Of a DNA stretch of 64,000 nt, positions 31,229 to 43,194 are shown one piece after another. The DNA is from an uncultured delta proteobacterium (GTDB lineage Bacteria > Myxococcota > Myxococcia > SLRQ01), in NCBI GenBank assembly GCA_963727485.1, contig CAVSGM010000011.1, positions 256,001-320,000 of the forward strand. Reading direction: 5' to 3'. The notes below the pieces were generated by a model, which saw nothing but the letters and a program-made list of their open reading frames with translations, did no database searches and had not been told where the DNA came from. A program made the position numbers and the translations under genes. Numbering within the stretch: the stretch's first letter is position 1; every line of letters begins with the position of its first letter.

Positions 31229-31968
31229 TCCTCTCTACCTCGCTCCAGGAGCAGGTTGTTCCGGTAGTGGGCGACCGAGCGGTGACCCACGTAGACGTCC
31301 CGCACCGCCTTGAGGATCGACCTGGGGCGGAAGGCCTTGGAGCTGCCCTGGGTCCGGCCCCGGGCCACGAACCCGACCTCGCCGATGCGGAGCTTCGGGT
31401 CCCGGAGCAGGGCCTTGGCGATGAGCTCGGCGTTGAAGGCGTGCCCCGAGGACACCACCTCGATTCCCCGGAGGCACCGGGCGCGGTAGAGCTTCATCCC
31501 GTTGAGGTAGCGGTAGGGGAAGCCGTAGAGGAAGGCGCTCACGCTGGTGAAGGACTGGGAGGCGATGCGCCGGGGGATGGTGCGGATCACCGGGTTCTTG
31601 AGGTAGCCGAGGATCAGGTCGTAGCCGGCCCGCACCGCGAGGAAGTCCCGGATGGACTCGAAGAGGAACTCGTTGTCACCGGGGAGCACGGTCACCCAGC
31701 TGCTGGGGTCCACGGCCTCGAGGGCCTGGAGCACCGAGCGGCCGACGCCGAGGTTCTCCGGGTTCTGGCGCATCCGCACCCCGGGGTGCCGCTCGCAGAG
31801 CGCGCGCATCCGGTCCGCGGTCCGGTCGGCGGAGCCGTCGTCGACCAGGACCAGCTCCAGGTCCACGTCCAGGGTGGGGGCCACGGCGTGCACGGCGTCG
31901 ACCGTGTCCTCGATGTTCTCCGCCTCGTTCAGACAGGGGATGATCACGGTGAGGAGGTCACGGGGCAT
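31225..31968 (-). CDS. GT2 glycosyltransferase (polyprenol-phosphate/DPM1-like)
   Basis: VIIPCLNEAENI, VDDGSAD, NLGVG, PGD.E, R..GSSK. Confidence 0.88.
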   Translation of the reverse strand: MPRDLLTVIIPCLNEAENIEDTVDAVHAVAPTLDVDLELVLVDDGSADRTADRMRALCERHPGVRMRQNPENLGVGRSVLQALEAVDPSSWVTVLPGDNEFLFESIRDFLAVRAGYDLILGYLKNPVIRTIPRRIASQSFTSVSAFLYGFPYRYLNGMKLYRARCLRGIEVVSSGHAFNAELIAKALLRDPKLRIGEVGFVARGRTQGSSKAFRPRSILKAVRDVYVGHRSVAHYRNNLLLERGREE

Positions 31969-32065
31969 CGGTCGTCACTGCTCTGCAGGCGTGCCCGTCC
32001 ACCACTAGCCCACCCCAGATGGGCAAGGCAAGGCGCGCCCGCCGGCGGGGTCCGGGGGCGCGGAA

Positions 32066-32094
32066 TTGACACCGGCCCTCCGGATCCCAATCAT
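32066..32094 (+). promoter_or_regulatory. Putative sigma70 promoter of the his operon
   Basis: TTGACA (32066-32071), 17-nt spacer, AATCAT (32089-32094), 6 nt before the hisD ATG. Confidence 0.5.
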
Positions 32095-32100
32095 TCGCCG

Positions 32101-33462
32101 ATGCCTCGCCTCCGCCGCCTCGACGCCTCCGACCGCGCCTTCCCAAGGCGCTTCGCCCGCCTCTGCGCCCGGGGCGACCCCGCCGACGACCCGGCGCTCA
32201 CCGAGTCGGTCGCCGGGATCGTCGCCGAGGTGCGCCGCCGGGGCGACGCGGCGGTCCGCGCCTTCACCGCCCGCTTCGACGGGTGGACCCCCCACACCGG
32301 CCGCGACCTGGAGATCCCCCGGGACCAGCTCGAGGCGGCGACCCGGGAGGTGCCCCGGGACGTCCTCCGGGCCCTGAAGCTCGCCCACCGGCGGATCACC
32401 GAGTTCCACCGCCTCCAGCGGGAGCGCGACGTGGGCCTCAAGGACGACCGGGGCGACCGGGTGGAGCAGATCGTCCGCCCCCTCGACCGGGTGGGGCTCT
32501 ACGTCCCCGGGGGGACCGCCCGGTACCCCTCGTCGGTGCTGATGACCGCGGTGCCGGCGCGGGTCGCCGGGGTGCGCGAGATCATCATGGTCTCGCCCAC
32601 GCCGGGGGGCGAGCCCGACCCGGCCCTCCTCGCCGCCGCCCAGGTCTCCGGGGTCGACCGGGTGTTCCGCATCGGCGGGGCCCAGGCGGTGGCGGCGCTC
32701 GCCTACGGCACCAAGACCGTGCCCCGGGTCGACAAGATCGTCGGCCCCGGCAACGCCTACGTCGCCGCCGCCAAGCGCCTGGTCCGCGGGGCCTGCGACG
32801 TGGACATGGAGGCGGGGCCCAGCGAGGTCCTGGTGGTCGCCGACGACTCGGCCCGGGCGGACTTCGTCGCCGCCGACCTCCTGGCCCAGGCCGAGCACGA
32901 CCCCCGGGCGGTCCCGGTCCTGGTGACCTCCCACGCGCCGCTGCTCGACGCGGTGGAGGCGGCGCTCGGCGAGCAGCTGGCCACCCTCCCGCGCCGGGCC
33001 ATCGCCGAGTCGGCCCTGAAGCAGGGGGCGGCGATCCTCGTCCCGGACCTCGACACCGCCCTCGAGGTCGCCAACGCCTTCGCCGCCGAGCACCTCGAGC
33101 TCATGGTCCGCCGGCCCCGGCAGGCCCTGGCCCAGGTGAAGGCCGCCGGCGCCGTGTTCCTCGGGGCCCACACCCCCGAGCCGGTGGGTGACTACGTCGC
33201 CGGCCCCAGCCACGTCCTCCCCACCGCCGGGACCGCGCGCTTCGCCTCGCCTCTGGGGGTCCACCACTTCCTCCGGCGCACCAGCGTCCTCGAGTTCTCC
33301 CCCGCGGGCCTGGAGGCGGTGGCGCCGGCGGTCATGCGCCTCGCCGAGGTCGAGGGCCTCCACGCCCACGCCCGGGCGGTGGCCCTGCGCCAGGCGGCGC
33401 GGAAGCGGCCCGGGCGGGGCAAGGCCGGCCCCGCAGGCGGCAAGGGCGGAGGTGGCGCGTGA
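32101..33462 (+). CDS. hisD: Histidinol dehydrogenase
   Basis: [57 protein letters not shown]. Confidence 0.96.
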   Translation: MPRLRRLDASDRAFPRRFARLCARGDPADDPALTESVAGIVAEVRRRGDAAVRAFTARFDGWTPHTGRDLEIPRDQLEAATREVPRDVLRALKLAHRRITEFHRLQRERDVGLKDDRGDRVEQIVRPLDRVGLYVPGGTARYPSSVLMTAVPARVAGVREIIMVSPTPGGEPDPALLAAAQVSGVDRVFRIGGAQAVAALAYGTKTVPRVDKIVGPGNAYVAAAKRLVRGACDVDMEAGPSEVLVVADDSARADFVAADLLAQAEHDPRAVPVLVTSHAPLLDAVEAALGEQLATLPRRAIAESALKQGAAILVPDLDTALEVANAFAAEHLELMVRRPRQALAQVKAAGAVFLGAHTPEPVGDYVAGPSHVLPTAGTARFASPLGVHHFLRRTSVLEFSPAGLEAVAPAVMRLAEVEGLHAHARAVALRQAARKRPGRGKAGPAGGKGGGGA

Positions 33463-34529
33463 CCTGGCGCCACCGCCTGCGCCCGAGCCTCGCCGGCATC
33501 GACGCCTACCACGTGCCCCGGCCGGCGGGCCTCGTCCACCTCGACGCCAACGAGTGCCCCGAGCCCCCGGACGACGCCCTGCGCCAGCGGGTCGCCGCCC
33601 TCGCCGGCGCCCTCGACCTCAACCGCTACCCCGATCCCCAGGCGACGGAGCTGCGCGCGGCCCTCGCCGCCCACCACGGCGTCGATCCCGACCAGGTCGT
33701 GGTGGGCAACGGCTCCGACGAGCTCATCGCCCTGCTCCTCACCGCCTTCGGCGCCCCGGGCTCCGAGCCGGCGCGGGTGGCCTTCCCGGCGCCGAGCTTC
33801 TCCATGTACGGGCTCCTCGCCGAGGCCCTCGGCGCCGAGGTGGTCCCCCTGCCCACCAGCCGCGCCTTCGAGATCGACGTCGAGGCCACCCTGGGTCGCC
33901 TCGCCGAGGCGAGGCCCAGCCTCCTCTTCCTGGCGCGCCCCAACAACCCCACCGGCGCCCTGTGGCCCCGGGCCCTGGTCGAGGGCGCCGTCGCCGCCAC
34001 CGACACGGTCACCGTCGTCGACGAGGCCTACGCCGACTTCGCCGGGGAGACCTGCCAGGACCTCCTCGAGGGCCACCCCAACCTGGTGATCCTCCGGACC
34101 CTCTCCAAGGTGGGCTTCGCCGCCCTGCGCCTGGGCTACGCCCTCTGCCACCCCGACCTCGCCCGGGAGCTGGAGAAGCTGCGGCTGCCCTACAACGTGG
34201 ACGCCTTCACCCAGGCGGTGGCCACCGAGGTGGTGCGCGACTGGGACGCCCTGGTCGCCCCGCGGATCGCCCGGGTGGTCGCCGAGCGCGCCCGCCTCGC
34301 CGAGGGCCTCGCCGCGCGGGGGCTCGAGGTCTTCCCCTCCCGGGCCAACCTCCTCCTGGTGCGGGTCGCCAATCCCACGGCGTGCTTCACGGCCCTCAAG
34401 GACCGTGGGATCCTGGTGCGCAACCTCCACCGGGAGGGGACGCCGCTCGCCGGGTGCCTGCGCATCACCGTGGGCACCGCCGCCGAGAACGACCAGCTCC
34501 TCGCCGCCCTCGAAGGGATGAACCCATGA
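33459..34529 (+). CDS. hisC: Histidinol-phosphate aminotransferase
   Basis: LDANE, NRYPDP, GNGSDELI, PNNPTG, DEAY, RTLSK, RITVG. Confidence 0.94.
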   Translation: MTWRHRLRPSLAGIDAYHVPRPAGLVHLDANECPEPPDDALRQRVAALAGALDLNRYPDPQATELRAALAAHHGVDPDQVVVGNGSDELIALLLTAFGAPGSEPARVAFPAPSFSMYGLLAEALGAEVVPLPTSRAFEIDVEATLGRLAEARPSLLFLARPNNPTGALWPRALVEGAVAATDTVTVVDEAYADFAGETCQDLLEGHPNLVILRTLSKVGFAALRLGYALCHPDLARELEKLRLPYNVDAFTQAVATEVVRDWDALVAPRIARVVAERARLAEGLAARGLEVFPSRANLLLVRVANPTACFTALKDRGILVRNLHREGTPLAGCLRITVGTAAENDQLLAALEGMNP

Positions 34530-35131
34530 CCCGCAGCGCCGTCATCCTCCGCAAGACCGCGGAGACCAGGATCCGGGTGGAGCTCGGCCTCGACGGGAGC
34601 GCCACCCGCCACGTGGACACCGGCATCGCCTTCTACGATCACATGCTCGACCAGGTGGCGCGCCACGGCCTCTTCGATCTCAGGGTCGAGGCCGAGGGCG
34701 ACCTCCACGTCGACGCCCACCACACCGTCGAGGACGTGGCCATCGCCCTCGGCCAGGCCTTCAATCGGGCGCTGGCCGACCGCGCCGGGATCTCCCGCTT
34801 CGGGAGCGCCCGGGTGCCCCTCGACGAGGCCCTCTCCGAGGTCACCCTGGACCTGGGCGGCCGCCCCTACCTGGTCTTCCACCCCGGTCCCCTCGACGGC
34901 CGCCGGGGGGAGATCCTCGGCGGGCTCCCGGTGGACCTGGTCGATCACTTCTTCCAGAGCTTCGCCGTCGCCGCCCGGGCCGCGGTCCACGTGGAGGTCT
35001 GCTACGGCGACAACCTCCACCACTGCGTGGAGGCCACCTTCAAGGCCTTCGCCCGGGCCCTCAAGGCCGCGGTGGCCGTGGAGCCGGGCCACCCGGGGGT
35101 GCCGAGCACCAAGGGGACCCTGAGTGCCTGA
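34526..35131 (+). CDS. hisB: Imidazoleglycerol-phosphate dehydratase
   Basis: RKTAET, DHML, GDLHVDAHHTVED, PLDEAL, NLHHCVEA.FKA, PSTKG. Confidence 0.95.
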   Translation: MTRSAVILRKTAETRIRVELGLDGSATRHVDTGIAFYDHMLDQVARHGLFDLRVEAEGDLHVDAHHTVEDVAIALGQAFNRALADRAGISRFGSARVPLDEALSEVTLDLGGRPYLVFHPGPLDGRRGEILGGLPVDLVDHFFQSFAVAARAAVHVEVCYGDNLHHCVEATFKAFARALKAAVAVEPGHPGVPSTKGTLSA

Positions 35132-35768
35132 GGTCGTCGTCCTCGACTACGGCGCCGGGAACGTCACCAGCGTCGTCCGGGCCCTCGGCCGCGCCGGCGC
35201 CACCGCCACCGTGAGCCGCGACCCGGCGGTCGTCGCCGCGGCGGGGCGCCTGGTGTTCCCGGGGCAGGGGGCGCTGCCGGACTGCATGGCCCGCCTCGCC
35301 GAGGGCGGCCTCGACGAGGCGGTGCGCGCCCAGATCGCCGCCGGGAACCCCTACCTGGGCATCTGCCTCGGCCTCCAGGCCCTCTTCGAGAAGGGCACCG
35401 AGCACGGCGGGAGCGCCGGCCTCGGGGTCCTCGCCGGGGACGTCGTCCGCTTCCCCGAGGGCCTCGAGCAGTCCGACGGCACACCCCTCAAGGTGCCCCA
35501 CATGGGGTGGAACGCGGTGCGCCTCGCCGAGGCCGGGCGCGGGCACCCGGTCCTCGGGCGCCTCCCCGACGGGGCCTGGTTCTACTTCGTCCACAGCTAC
35601 TATGCCCGGCCCGGGGACCCGGCGGCGGTCGCCGCCACCGCCGAGCACGGGATCCCCTTCTGCGCCGCCGTGGCCCGGGACAACCTCCTGGCCTGCCAGT
35701 ACCACCCGGAGAAGAGCCAGGCGGCGGGCGAGGCGCTGCTCCGGGCCTGGCTCGAGGGGACCGGCTGA
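35124..35768 (+). CDS. hisH: IGP synthase glutamine amidotransferase subunit
   Basis: DYGAGN, PGQG, GICLGLQ, VPHMGWN, YFVHSY, QYHPEKS. Confidence 0.95.
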   Translation: MPEVVVLDYGAGNVTSVVRALGRAGATATVSRDPAVVAAAGRLVFPGQGALPDCMARLAEGGLDEAVRAQIAAGNPYLGICLGLQALFEKGTEHGGSAGLGVLAGDVVRFPEGLEQSDGTPLKVPHMGWNAVRLAEAGRGHPVLGRLPDGAWFYFVHSYYARPGDPAAVAATAEHGIPFCAAVARDNLLACQYHPEKSQAAGEALLRAWLEGTG

Positions 35769-36541
35769 TGCGCGTGCTCCCGGCCATCGACCTCCAGGGC
35801 GGCCGCTGCGTGCGCCTCAAGCAGGGGCGCTTCGACGACGCCACCGTCTACGCCGAGGACCCGGCGGCCCAGGCCCGGGCGTTCCTCGACGCCGGGGCGA
35901 GGTGGCTCCACGTGGTGGACCTCGACGGCGCCTCCGCCGGCGCCCCGAGGAACGCCCGGGCCCTCAAGGCCATCGCCGCCACCGGGGCCCGGATGGAGGT
36001 CGGCGGGGGGCTGCGGGACCTCGCCACCATCGCCAGCGCGCTGGCCCTGGGCGCCGAGCGGGTGGTCCTCGGGACCGTCGCCGTCACCGACCCCGAGCTC
36101 CTCGCCCAGGCCTGCCGCCGGTACCCCGGCCGGGTGCTGGTGGCCGTGGACGCCAAGGGGGGCGAGGTGGCGGTCGACGGCTGGGCCCGCCAGAGCGGCC
36201 AGTCGGTCCTGGAGGTCGCCCGGCGGGCCCGGGACGCCGGCGCCGTGGGCCTCCTCTACACCGACATCGCCCGGGACGGCATGGGCGCCGGGGTCAACGT
36301 CGAGGCCACCGCCGAGCTCGCCGCCGCCAGTGGCCTGCCGGTCATCGCCTCCGGGGGCGTCCGGGATCTCGCCGACCTCGACGCCCTCGCCGGCCACCCG
36401 GGGATCGAAGGCGCCATCGCCGGCCGCTCGGTCTACGAGGGCACCCTCGACGTCGCCGAGGCCTGCCGCCGCCACGGGGCCTCGCCGCTGTTCCCCGACG
36501 GCCCCCTCGGCGGCGCCCAGCCGGGGGAGGAGTCGCCCTGA
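35768..36541 (+). CDS. hisA: ProFAR isomerase
   Basis: [38 protein letters not shown]. Confidence 0.95.
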   Translation: MRVLPAIDLQGGRCVRLKQGRFDDATVYAEDPAAQARAFLDAGARWLHVVDLDGASAGAPRNARALKAIAATGARMEVGGGLRDLATIASALALGAERVVLGTVAVTDPELLAQACRRYPGRVLVAVDAKGGEVAVDGWARQSGQSVLEVARRARDAGAVGLLYTDIARDGMGAGVNVEATAELAAASGLPVIASGGVRDLADLDALAGHPGIEGAIAGRSVYEGTLDVAEACRRHGASPLFPDGPLGGAQPGEESP

Positions 36542-37683
36542 TGCTCGCCCGGCGCATCATCCCCTGCCTCGACGTGAAGGACGGCCGGGTGGTCAAGGGG
36601 GTGAAGTTCGTGGACCTCCGGGACGCCGGGGACCCGGTGGCCGTCGCCGAGGCCTACGACCGCCAGGGCGCCGACGAGCTGTGCTTCCTCGACATCTCCG
36701 CCTCCCACGAGGGCCGGGGGACGCTCCTGGAGATGGTGGCGAAGGTCGCCGACCGGGTGCGGATGCCCTTCAGCGTCGGCGGGGGCGTGCGCTCGGTGGA
36801 CGACGTGCTGGCGCTGCTCGGGGCCGGGGCCGACAAGGTCGCCATCAACACCGCCGCGGTCACCGATCCCCAGCTCGTGGCCCGGGCGTCCCGGCGGGTA
36901 GGCAACCAGGCCATCGTCGCCGCAGTGGACGCCCGGCGCGACGGCGACCGCTGGACCGTCTACACCCACGGCGGGCGGACGCCCACGGGGCTCGACGCCG
37001 TCGACTGGTGCCGGCGCCTCGCCGACCTCGGCGCCGGCGAGATCCTCCTCACCTCCATGGACCGCGACGGCACCCGCGACGGCTACGACCTCGCGCTCAC
37101 CCGGGCGGTCGCCGGCGCGGTCCCGATCCCGGTCATCGCCTCCGGGGGCGCCGGGTCCCTCGCGGATCTCGCCGCGGGCCTGGTCGAAGGCGGCGCCGAC
37201 GCGGTGCTCGCCGCCTCGCTCTTCCACTTCGGCGAGCTCACCGTCCCCGAGGTCAAGCGCCACCTCTTCCTCCAGGGGGTGCCGGTGCGCCCGCCGCGGC
37301 CGGCCCTGGCCCTCGGCGCCCTCCTCGGCGCGGTGCGCTTCGACGATCGGGGCCTGGTCCCGGTGGTGGTCCAGTCGGTGGACACCGGGAAGGTGCTGAT
37401 GGTGGCCTGGGCCGACGCCGACGCCCTCACGGTGACGGCCCGGACGGGCCTGGCCACCTTCCACAGCCGCAGCCGCGACGCCCGGTGGGTCAAGGGTGCC
37501 ACCAGCGGGAACCTCCAGTCGGTGGTCGAGTTGCGCCTCGACTGCGACGGGGACACCGTCCTCTACCGGGTCCGGGCCGAGGGCCCGGCGTGCCACCTGG
37601 GCACCGAGACCTGCTTCGCCCGCACCTTCGATCCCGAGACCGGCCTCGCCCCGGTGCCCGAATCCGACCCCGAGGAGCCCTGA
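36541..37683 (+). CDS. hisF-hisI: Fused IGP synthase cyclase (HisF) + phosphoribosyl-AMP cyclohydrolase (HisI)
   Basis: His[40 protein letters not shown]. In-frame His[33 protein letters not shown]. Confidence 0.92.
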   Translation: MLARRIIPCLDVKDGRVVKGVKFVDLRDAGDPVAVAEAYDRQGADELCFLDISASHEGRGTLLEMVAKVADRVRMPFSVGGGVRSVDDVLALLGAGADKVAINTAAVTDPQLVARASRRVGNQAIVAAVDARRDGDRWTVYTHGGRTPTGLDAVDWCRRLADLGAGEILLTSMDRDGTRDGYDLALTRAVAGAVPIPVIASGGAGSLADLAAGLVEGGADAVLAASLFHFGELTVPEVKRHLFLQGVPVRPPRPALALGALLGAVRFDDRGLVPVVVQSVDTGKVLMVAWADADALTVTARTGLATFHSRSRDARWVKGATSGNLQSVVELRLDCDGDTVLYRVRAEGPACHLGTETCFARTFDPETGLAPVPESDPEEP

Positions 37684-38027
37684 TGGACGACCACGTCCTC
37701 GACGCCGTCTACGCCGTCATCCGCCAGCGGCAGGCCTCCGCCGGGGGCGAGTCCTACGTGCACACCCTGACCCAGCGCGGCCTCCCCAAGGTCCGGTCCA
37801 AGGTCCAGGAGGAGGCCGGCGAGCTCCTCGAGGCCTCGATCCACCTGGAGCACGGGGGCCCCGAGGCGGCGGTGGTGGCCGAGTGCGCGGACCTCTTCTT
37901 CCACGCCCTGGTGCTCCTCGGGGCCCAGGAGATCCCCGCCGAGGCGGTGTGGGCCGAGCTCCGCCGGCGCTTCGGGATCGGGGGCCTGGTGGAGAAGGCC
38001 GGGCGAAAAGACGGCGGATCGCCTTGA
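37683..38027 (+). CDS. hisE: Phosphoribosyl-ATP pyrophosphohydrolase
   Basis: SYV..L, KVQEEAGE, ECADLFFH.LV, ELRRRFG. Confidence 0.9.
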   Translation: MDDHVLDAVYAVIRQRQASAGGESYVHTLTQRGLPKVRSKVQEEAGELLEASIHLEHGGPEAAVVAECADLFFHALVLLGAQEIPAEAVWAELRRRFGIGGLVEKAGRKDGGSP

Positions 38028-38051
38028 CAGCGGGGATTTCGTCAATAAGAT
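38024..38051 (+). promoter_or_regulatory. Putative sigma70 promoter of rpsU-dnaG-rpoD
   Basis: TTGACA (38024-38029), 16-nt spacer, TAAGAT (38046-38051) in an AT-enriched intergenic stretch. Confidence 0.6.
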
Positions 38052-38152
38052 TCGGCTCTTTGTAGGTCCAGCAGAACGTTTGCCACGCCCGCCGGCAATC
38101 CCCCAGAGGGGCCGAGCGGGCGAATCTCCATCGAGAGGCAGGTGAGAGCCAG

Positions 38153-38353
38153 ATGACGAGCGTCCGCGTCAAGGAAGGTGAGTCCTTCGAAAACGCGATG
38201 AAGCGCTTCAAGAAGTCGTGCGAGAAGGCGGGAATCCTCTCGGAGATCCGCAAGCGTGAGCACTACGAGAAGCCCAGCATCAAGAAGAAGAAGAAGTCCC
38301 TCGCCGCGCGCAAGCGCGCGCTGAAGAAGCTGCGCAAGTCGGGCGGGATGTAG
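38153..38353 (+). CDS. rpsU: 30S ribosomal protein S21
   Basis: [38 protein letters not shown]. Confidence 0.97.
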   Translation: MTSVRVKEGESFENAMKRFKKSCEKAGILSEIRKREHYEKPSIKKKKKSLAARKRALKKLRKSGGM

Positions 38354-38372
38354 TCGCCCGATACGTCGTTCC

Positions 38373-38402
38373 CCCCTCCGCCCCTCGAGGCGGAGGGGTT
38401 TT
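38373..38402 (+). terminator. Intrinsic terminator/attenuator between rpsU and dnaG
   Basis: CCCCTCCGCC-cctcga-GGCGGAGGGG followed by TTTT; position matches the terminator in the E. coli macromolecular synthesis operon. Confidence 0.7.
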
Positions 38403-38435
38403 CCACCGGGGCGGCCTGCCGTCCCGGCGCCCCCC

Positions 38436-40241
38436 GTGCCAGGCATCCCAGAAGACAAGATCGCCGAGGTGCGGTCCCGCGCCGACATCGTTCGCGTCGT
38501 CGGCAGGGTGGTGAACCTCAAGAAGGCCGGGCGCTCCTGGAAGGGCTGCTGTCCCTTCCACTCGGAGAAGACGCCCTCGTTCTACGTGCACCCCGAGAAG
38601 CAGATCTTCCACTGCTTTGGCTGCCAGGCCGGCGGCGACGTCTTCCGGTTCCTCATGGACCACGAGGGGCGTACCTTCCCCGAAGCGGTCCGGATGCTCG
38701 CCGAGGAGGTGGGCATCGACCTCCCCGAGGCCAGTGGCGTCGACGCCGCCCGGGCCCGGGCCGAGAAGGCCGCCCGGCAGCGCCTGGTCGACGCCAACGC
38801 CGCCGCCGCCGAGGTCTTCACCGGCTGGCTCGCCGATCCCGAGGCGGGAGGCCCCGGACAGGCCCACCTCGCCGACCGGGGCATCGACGCCGGGACGGCC
38901 CAGCGCTTCGGCCTGGGGTATGCCCCCCTGCGGAACGATCTCTCAGCGCGGCTTGTTGGTCGCGGCGTGGACGTGCAGACCCAGGAGGCCGCCGGGCTCC
39001 TCGCCCGGAACGACCGCGGTGCGTACGAGCGCTTCCGCGGGCGGCTGATGGTCCCCATCCGCACCCCCGAGGGCCGGCCCGTGGCCTTCGGCGCCCGGAC
39101 GGTCGAGGGCGACCACCCCGCCAAGTACCTCAACTCCCCCGAGTCGGCGGTCTACCGGAAGAGCGAGGTCCTCTACGGCCTCGACCTCGCCCGGGAGCAC
39201 GTCCGCCGCCGGAACGCCGCGGTGGTGGTCGAGGGCTACTTCGACGTCATCGCCCTCCACCAGGCCGGGGTCGCCCACGCGGTGGCCACCTGCGGCACCG
39301 CGCTCACCGAGGGCCACTGCCGCCTCCTCGCCCGGCACTGCAAGGACGTGTTCCTGGTCTTCGACGGCGACGCCGCCGGGGCCGAGGCCGCGGCCCGGGC
39401 CCACGAGGTGGTGGAGACCGTCCCCAGCCTCGTCGCCCGGGTGGTCCGCCTCCCCGAGGGCGAGGACCCCGACACCTTCGTCCGCAGCCGCGGCGCCGAG
39501 GCCTTCGAGCGCCTCTGCGAGCAGGCCGTTCCCGTCACCGAGTTCCTCCTCGACCGGGCCCTGGCCGGCGTCGGCGGGAGCGTCGAGGACCGGGTCCGGG
39601 CGGTGGAGGTGGTGCGCCCCATCCTCGGCCGGGTCCGCAATCGGCTGGCCCGCAAGCTCTACGTGGCCCGGGTGGCCGACCGCCTGGGGATGAACGAGCG
39701 CACCCTCATCGCCTACCTCCGGGGCGAGGACATGGACCGCCCCGGCCCCGGCCCCGGCGGCCGCGGCCCGAGGGCCCCCGAGCGCCCCACCGTGCCGCCC
39801 CCCGCCGCCGAGGAGGCCCTCTGCCTCCTGGCCCTCGAGCACCCGGGGCTCCTGGTGGAGATCCGCCCGGTCATCGAAGACCTCACCCACGCGGGCGTCC
39901 GGGATCTCCTCGCCGCCCTCGCCGAGGAGTACGCCGCACGGGGCACCGTGGACGTCCCCGGGGCCCTGTCGCGCCTCGAGGACCCGTCCCTCGCCGCCCG
40001 CTGGCGCGGCCACCTCGCCGGCACCGCCGAGCAGGAGGCCGTCCTCGACGCCACCGAGGCGTCCCGGTGGGCCCAGCAGCACCTACGTCGCATCCGCCTC
40101 TCCGCCATCGACAGGCGGGAGGCCGCTCTCCGCCGCCGCCAGACCGAGGATGCCATCGATCCCCTGGTCGCGGCGCGGGAGCTGAATGAGCTCAAGGCCG
40201 AACGTCGTCGCCTCTCCAAGGCGTCCCCCCGATCCGTGTAG
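38436..40241 (+). CDS. dnaG: DNA primase
   Basis: [47 protein letters not shown]. Confidence 0.96.
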   Translation: MPGIPEDKIAEVRSRADIVRVVGRVVNLKKAGRSWKGCCPFHSEKTPSFYVHPEKQIFHCFGCQAGGDVFRFLMDHEGRTFPEAVRMLAEEVGIDLPEASGVDAARARAEKAARQRLVDANAAAAEVFTGWLADPEAGGPGQAHLADRGIDAGTAQRFGLGYAPLRNDLSARLVGRGVDVQTQEAAGLLARNDRGAYERFRGRLMVPIRTPEGRPVAFGARTVEGDHPAKYLNSPESAVYRKSEVLYGLDLAREHVRRRNAAVVVEGYFDVIALHQAGVAHAVATCGTALTEGHCRLLARHCKDVFLVFDGDAAGAEAAARAHEVVETVPSLVARVVRLPEGEDPDTFVRSRGAEAFERLCEQAVPVTEFLLDRALAGVGGSVEDRVRAVEVVRPILGRVRNRLARKLYVARVADRLGMNERTLIAYLRGEDMDRPGPGPGGRGPRAPERPTVPPPAAEEALCLLALEHPGLLVEIRPVIEDLTHAGVRDLLAALAEEYAARGTVDVPGALSRLEDPSLAARWRGHLAGTAEQEAVLDATEASRWAQQHLRRIRLSAIDRREAALRRRQTEDAIDPLVAARELNELKAERRRLSKASPRSV

Positions 40242-40254
40242 CGCAGGAGACCCC

Positions 40255-42585
<2,331 letters not shown>

Positions 42586-42716
42586 GCCGGCGGAGGGGGG
42601 CGTGGCCTGGGGTCGCGTCTCCCAAACCGAAGGGCGCACGTGGGCGTCGGCTCGCGGCGGGTGCTCGCTTGAAGCCTTCAGGCGCCGAGTGGCACGGAGC
42701 CTGAGGGGCCGCTTGG

Positions 42717-43046
42717 TGGGCCCGCCCGGATTCGACCCCGCATGTGGAGGCCGGCGAAGCCGCACCCTACGGGGCAAATCCGGTGTACCCCGGAGCCACG
42801 AGCTCCCAGGTGCCACGTGTCGTGAATGGGCCCGCCCGGATTCGACCCCGCATGTGGAGGCCGGCGAAGCCGCACCCTACGGGGCAAATCCGGTGTACCC
42901 CGGAGCCACGAGCTCCCAAGTGCCACGTGTCGTGAATGGGCCCGCCAGGATTCGACCCCGCATGTGGAAGCCGGCGAAGCCGCACCCTACGGGGCAAATC
43001 CGGTGTACCCCGGAGCCACGAGCTCCCAGGTGCCACGTGTCGTGAA
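42717..43046 (-). repeat. Three near-identical 110-bp tandem repeats, each ending (minus strand) in a copy of the tRNA 3' end
   Basis: Units start at 42717, 42827 and 42937 (TGGGCCCGCC[C/A]GGATTCGACCCCG...GTGTCGTGAA); the same motif recurs at 43047 as the tRNA end; three variable positions among units. Confidence 0.95.
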
Positions 43047-43119
43047 TGGGCCCGCCAGGATTTGAACCTGGATCTAACCGGTTATGAGCCGGCGGTTTTG
43101 ACCGTTAAACTACGGGCCC
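43047..43119 (-). tRNA. tRNA with CAU anticodon, probably tRNA-Ile2 (lysidine); CCA not encoded
   Basis: GGGCCCG acceptor stem, D arm GTTT/AAAC, anticodon arm GCCGG-CTCATAA-CCGGT, T arm CCAGG-TTCAAAT-CCTGG, discriminator A; paired 1-72 argues against initiator tRNA. Confidence 0.9.
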
Positions 43120-43194
43120 GGGCGTGGAAATATCACAGCCGCGGCCTGGAACCAGCTCCGGGCAAGGTCGACGGCGCCCGGGGAGGCCGGGCCC

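Noticed and set aside
42717..43046. CRISPR array
   Set aside because: Whole 110-bp units are near-identical (no unique spacers), the repeat matches the adjacent tRNA end, and no cas genes are present
42602..43065. Small ORFs across the tandem repeats
   Set aside because: They are translations of the repeat in several frames, with no RBS or codon bias
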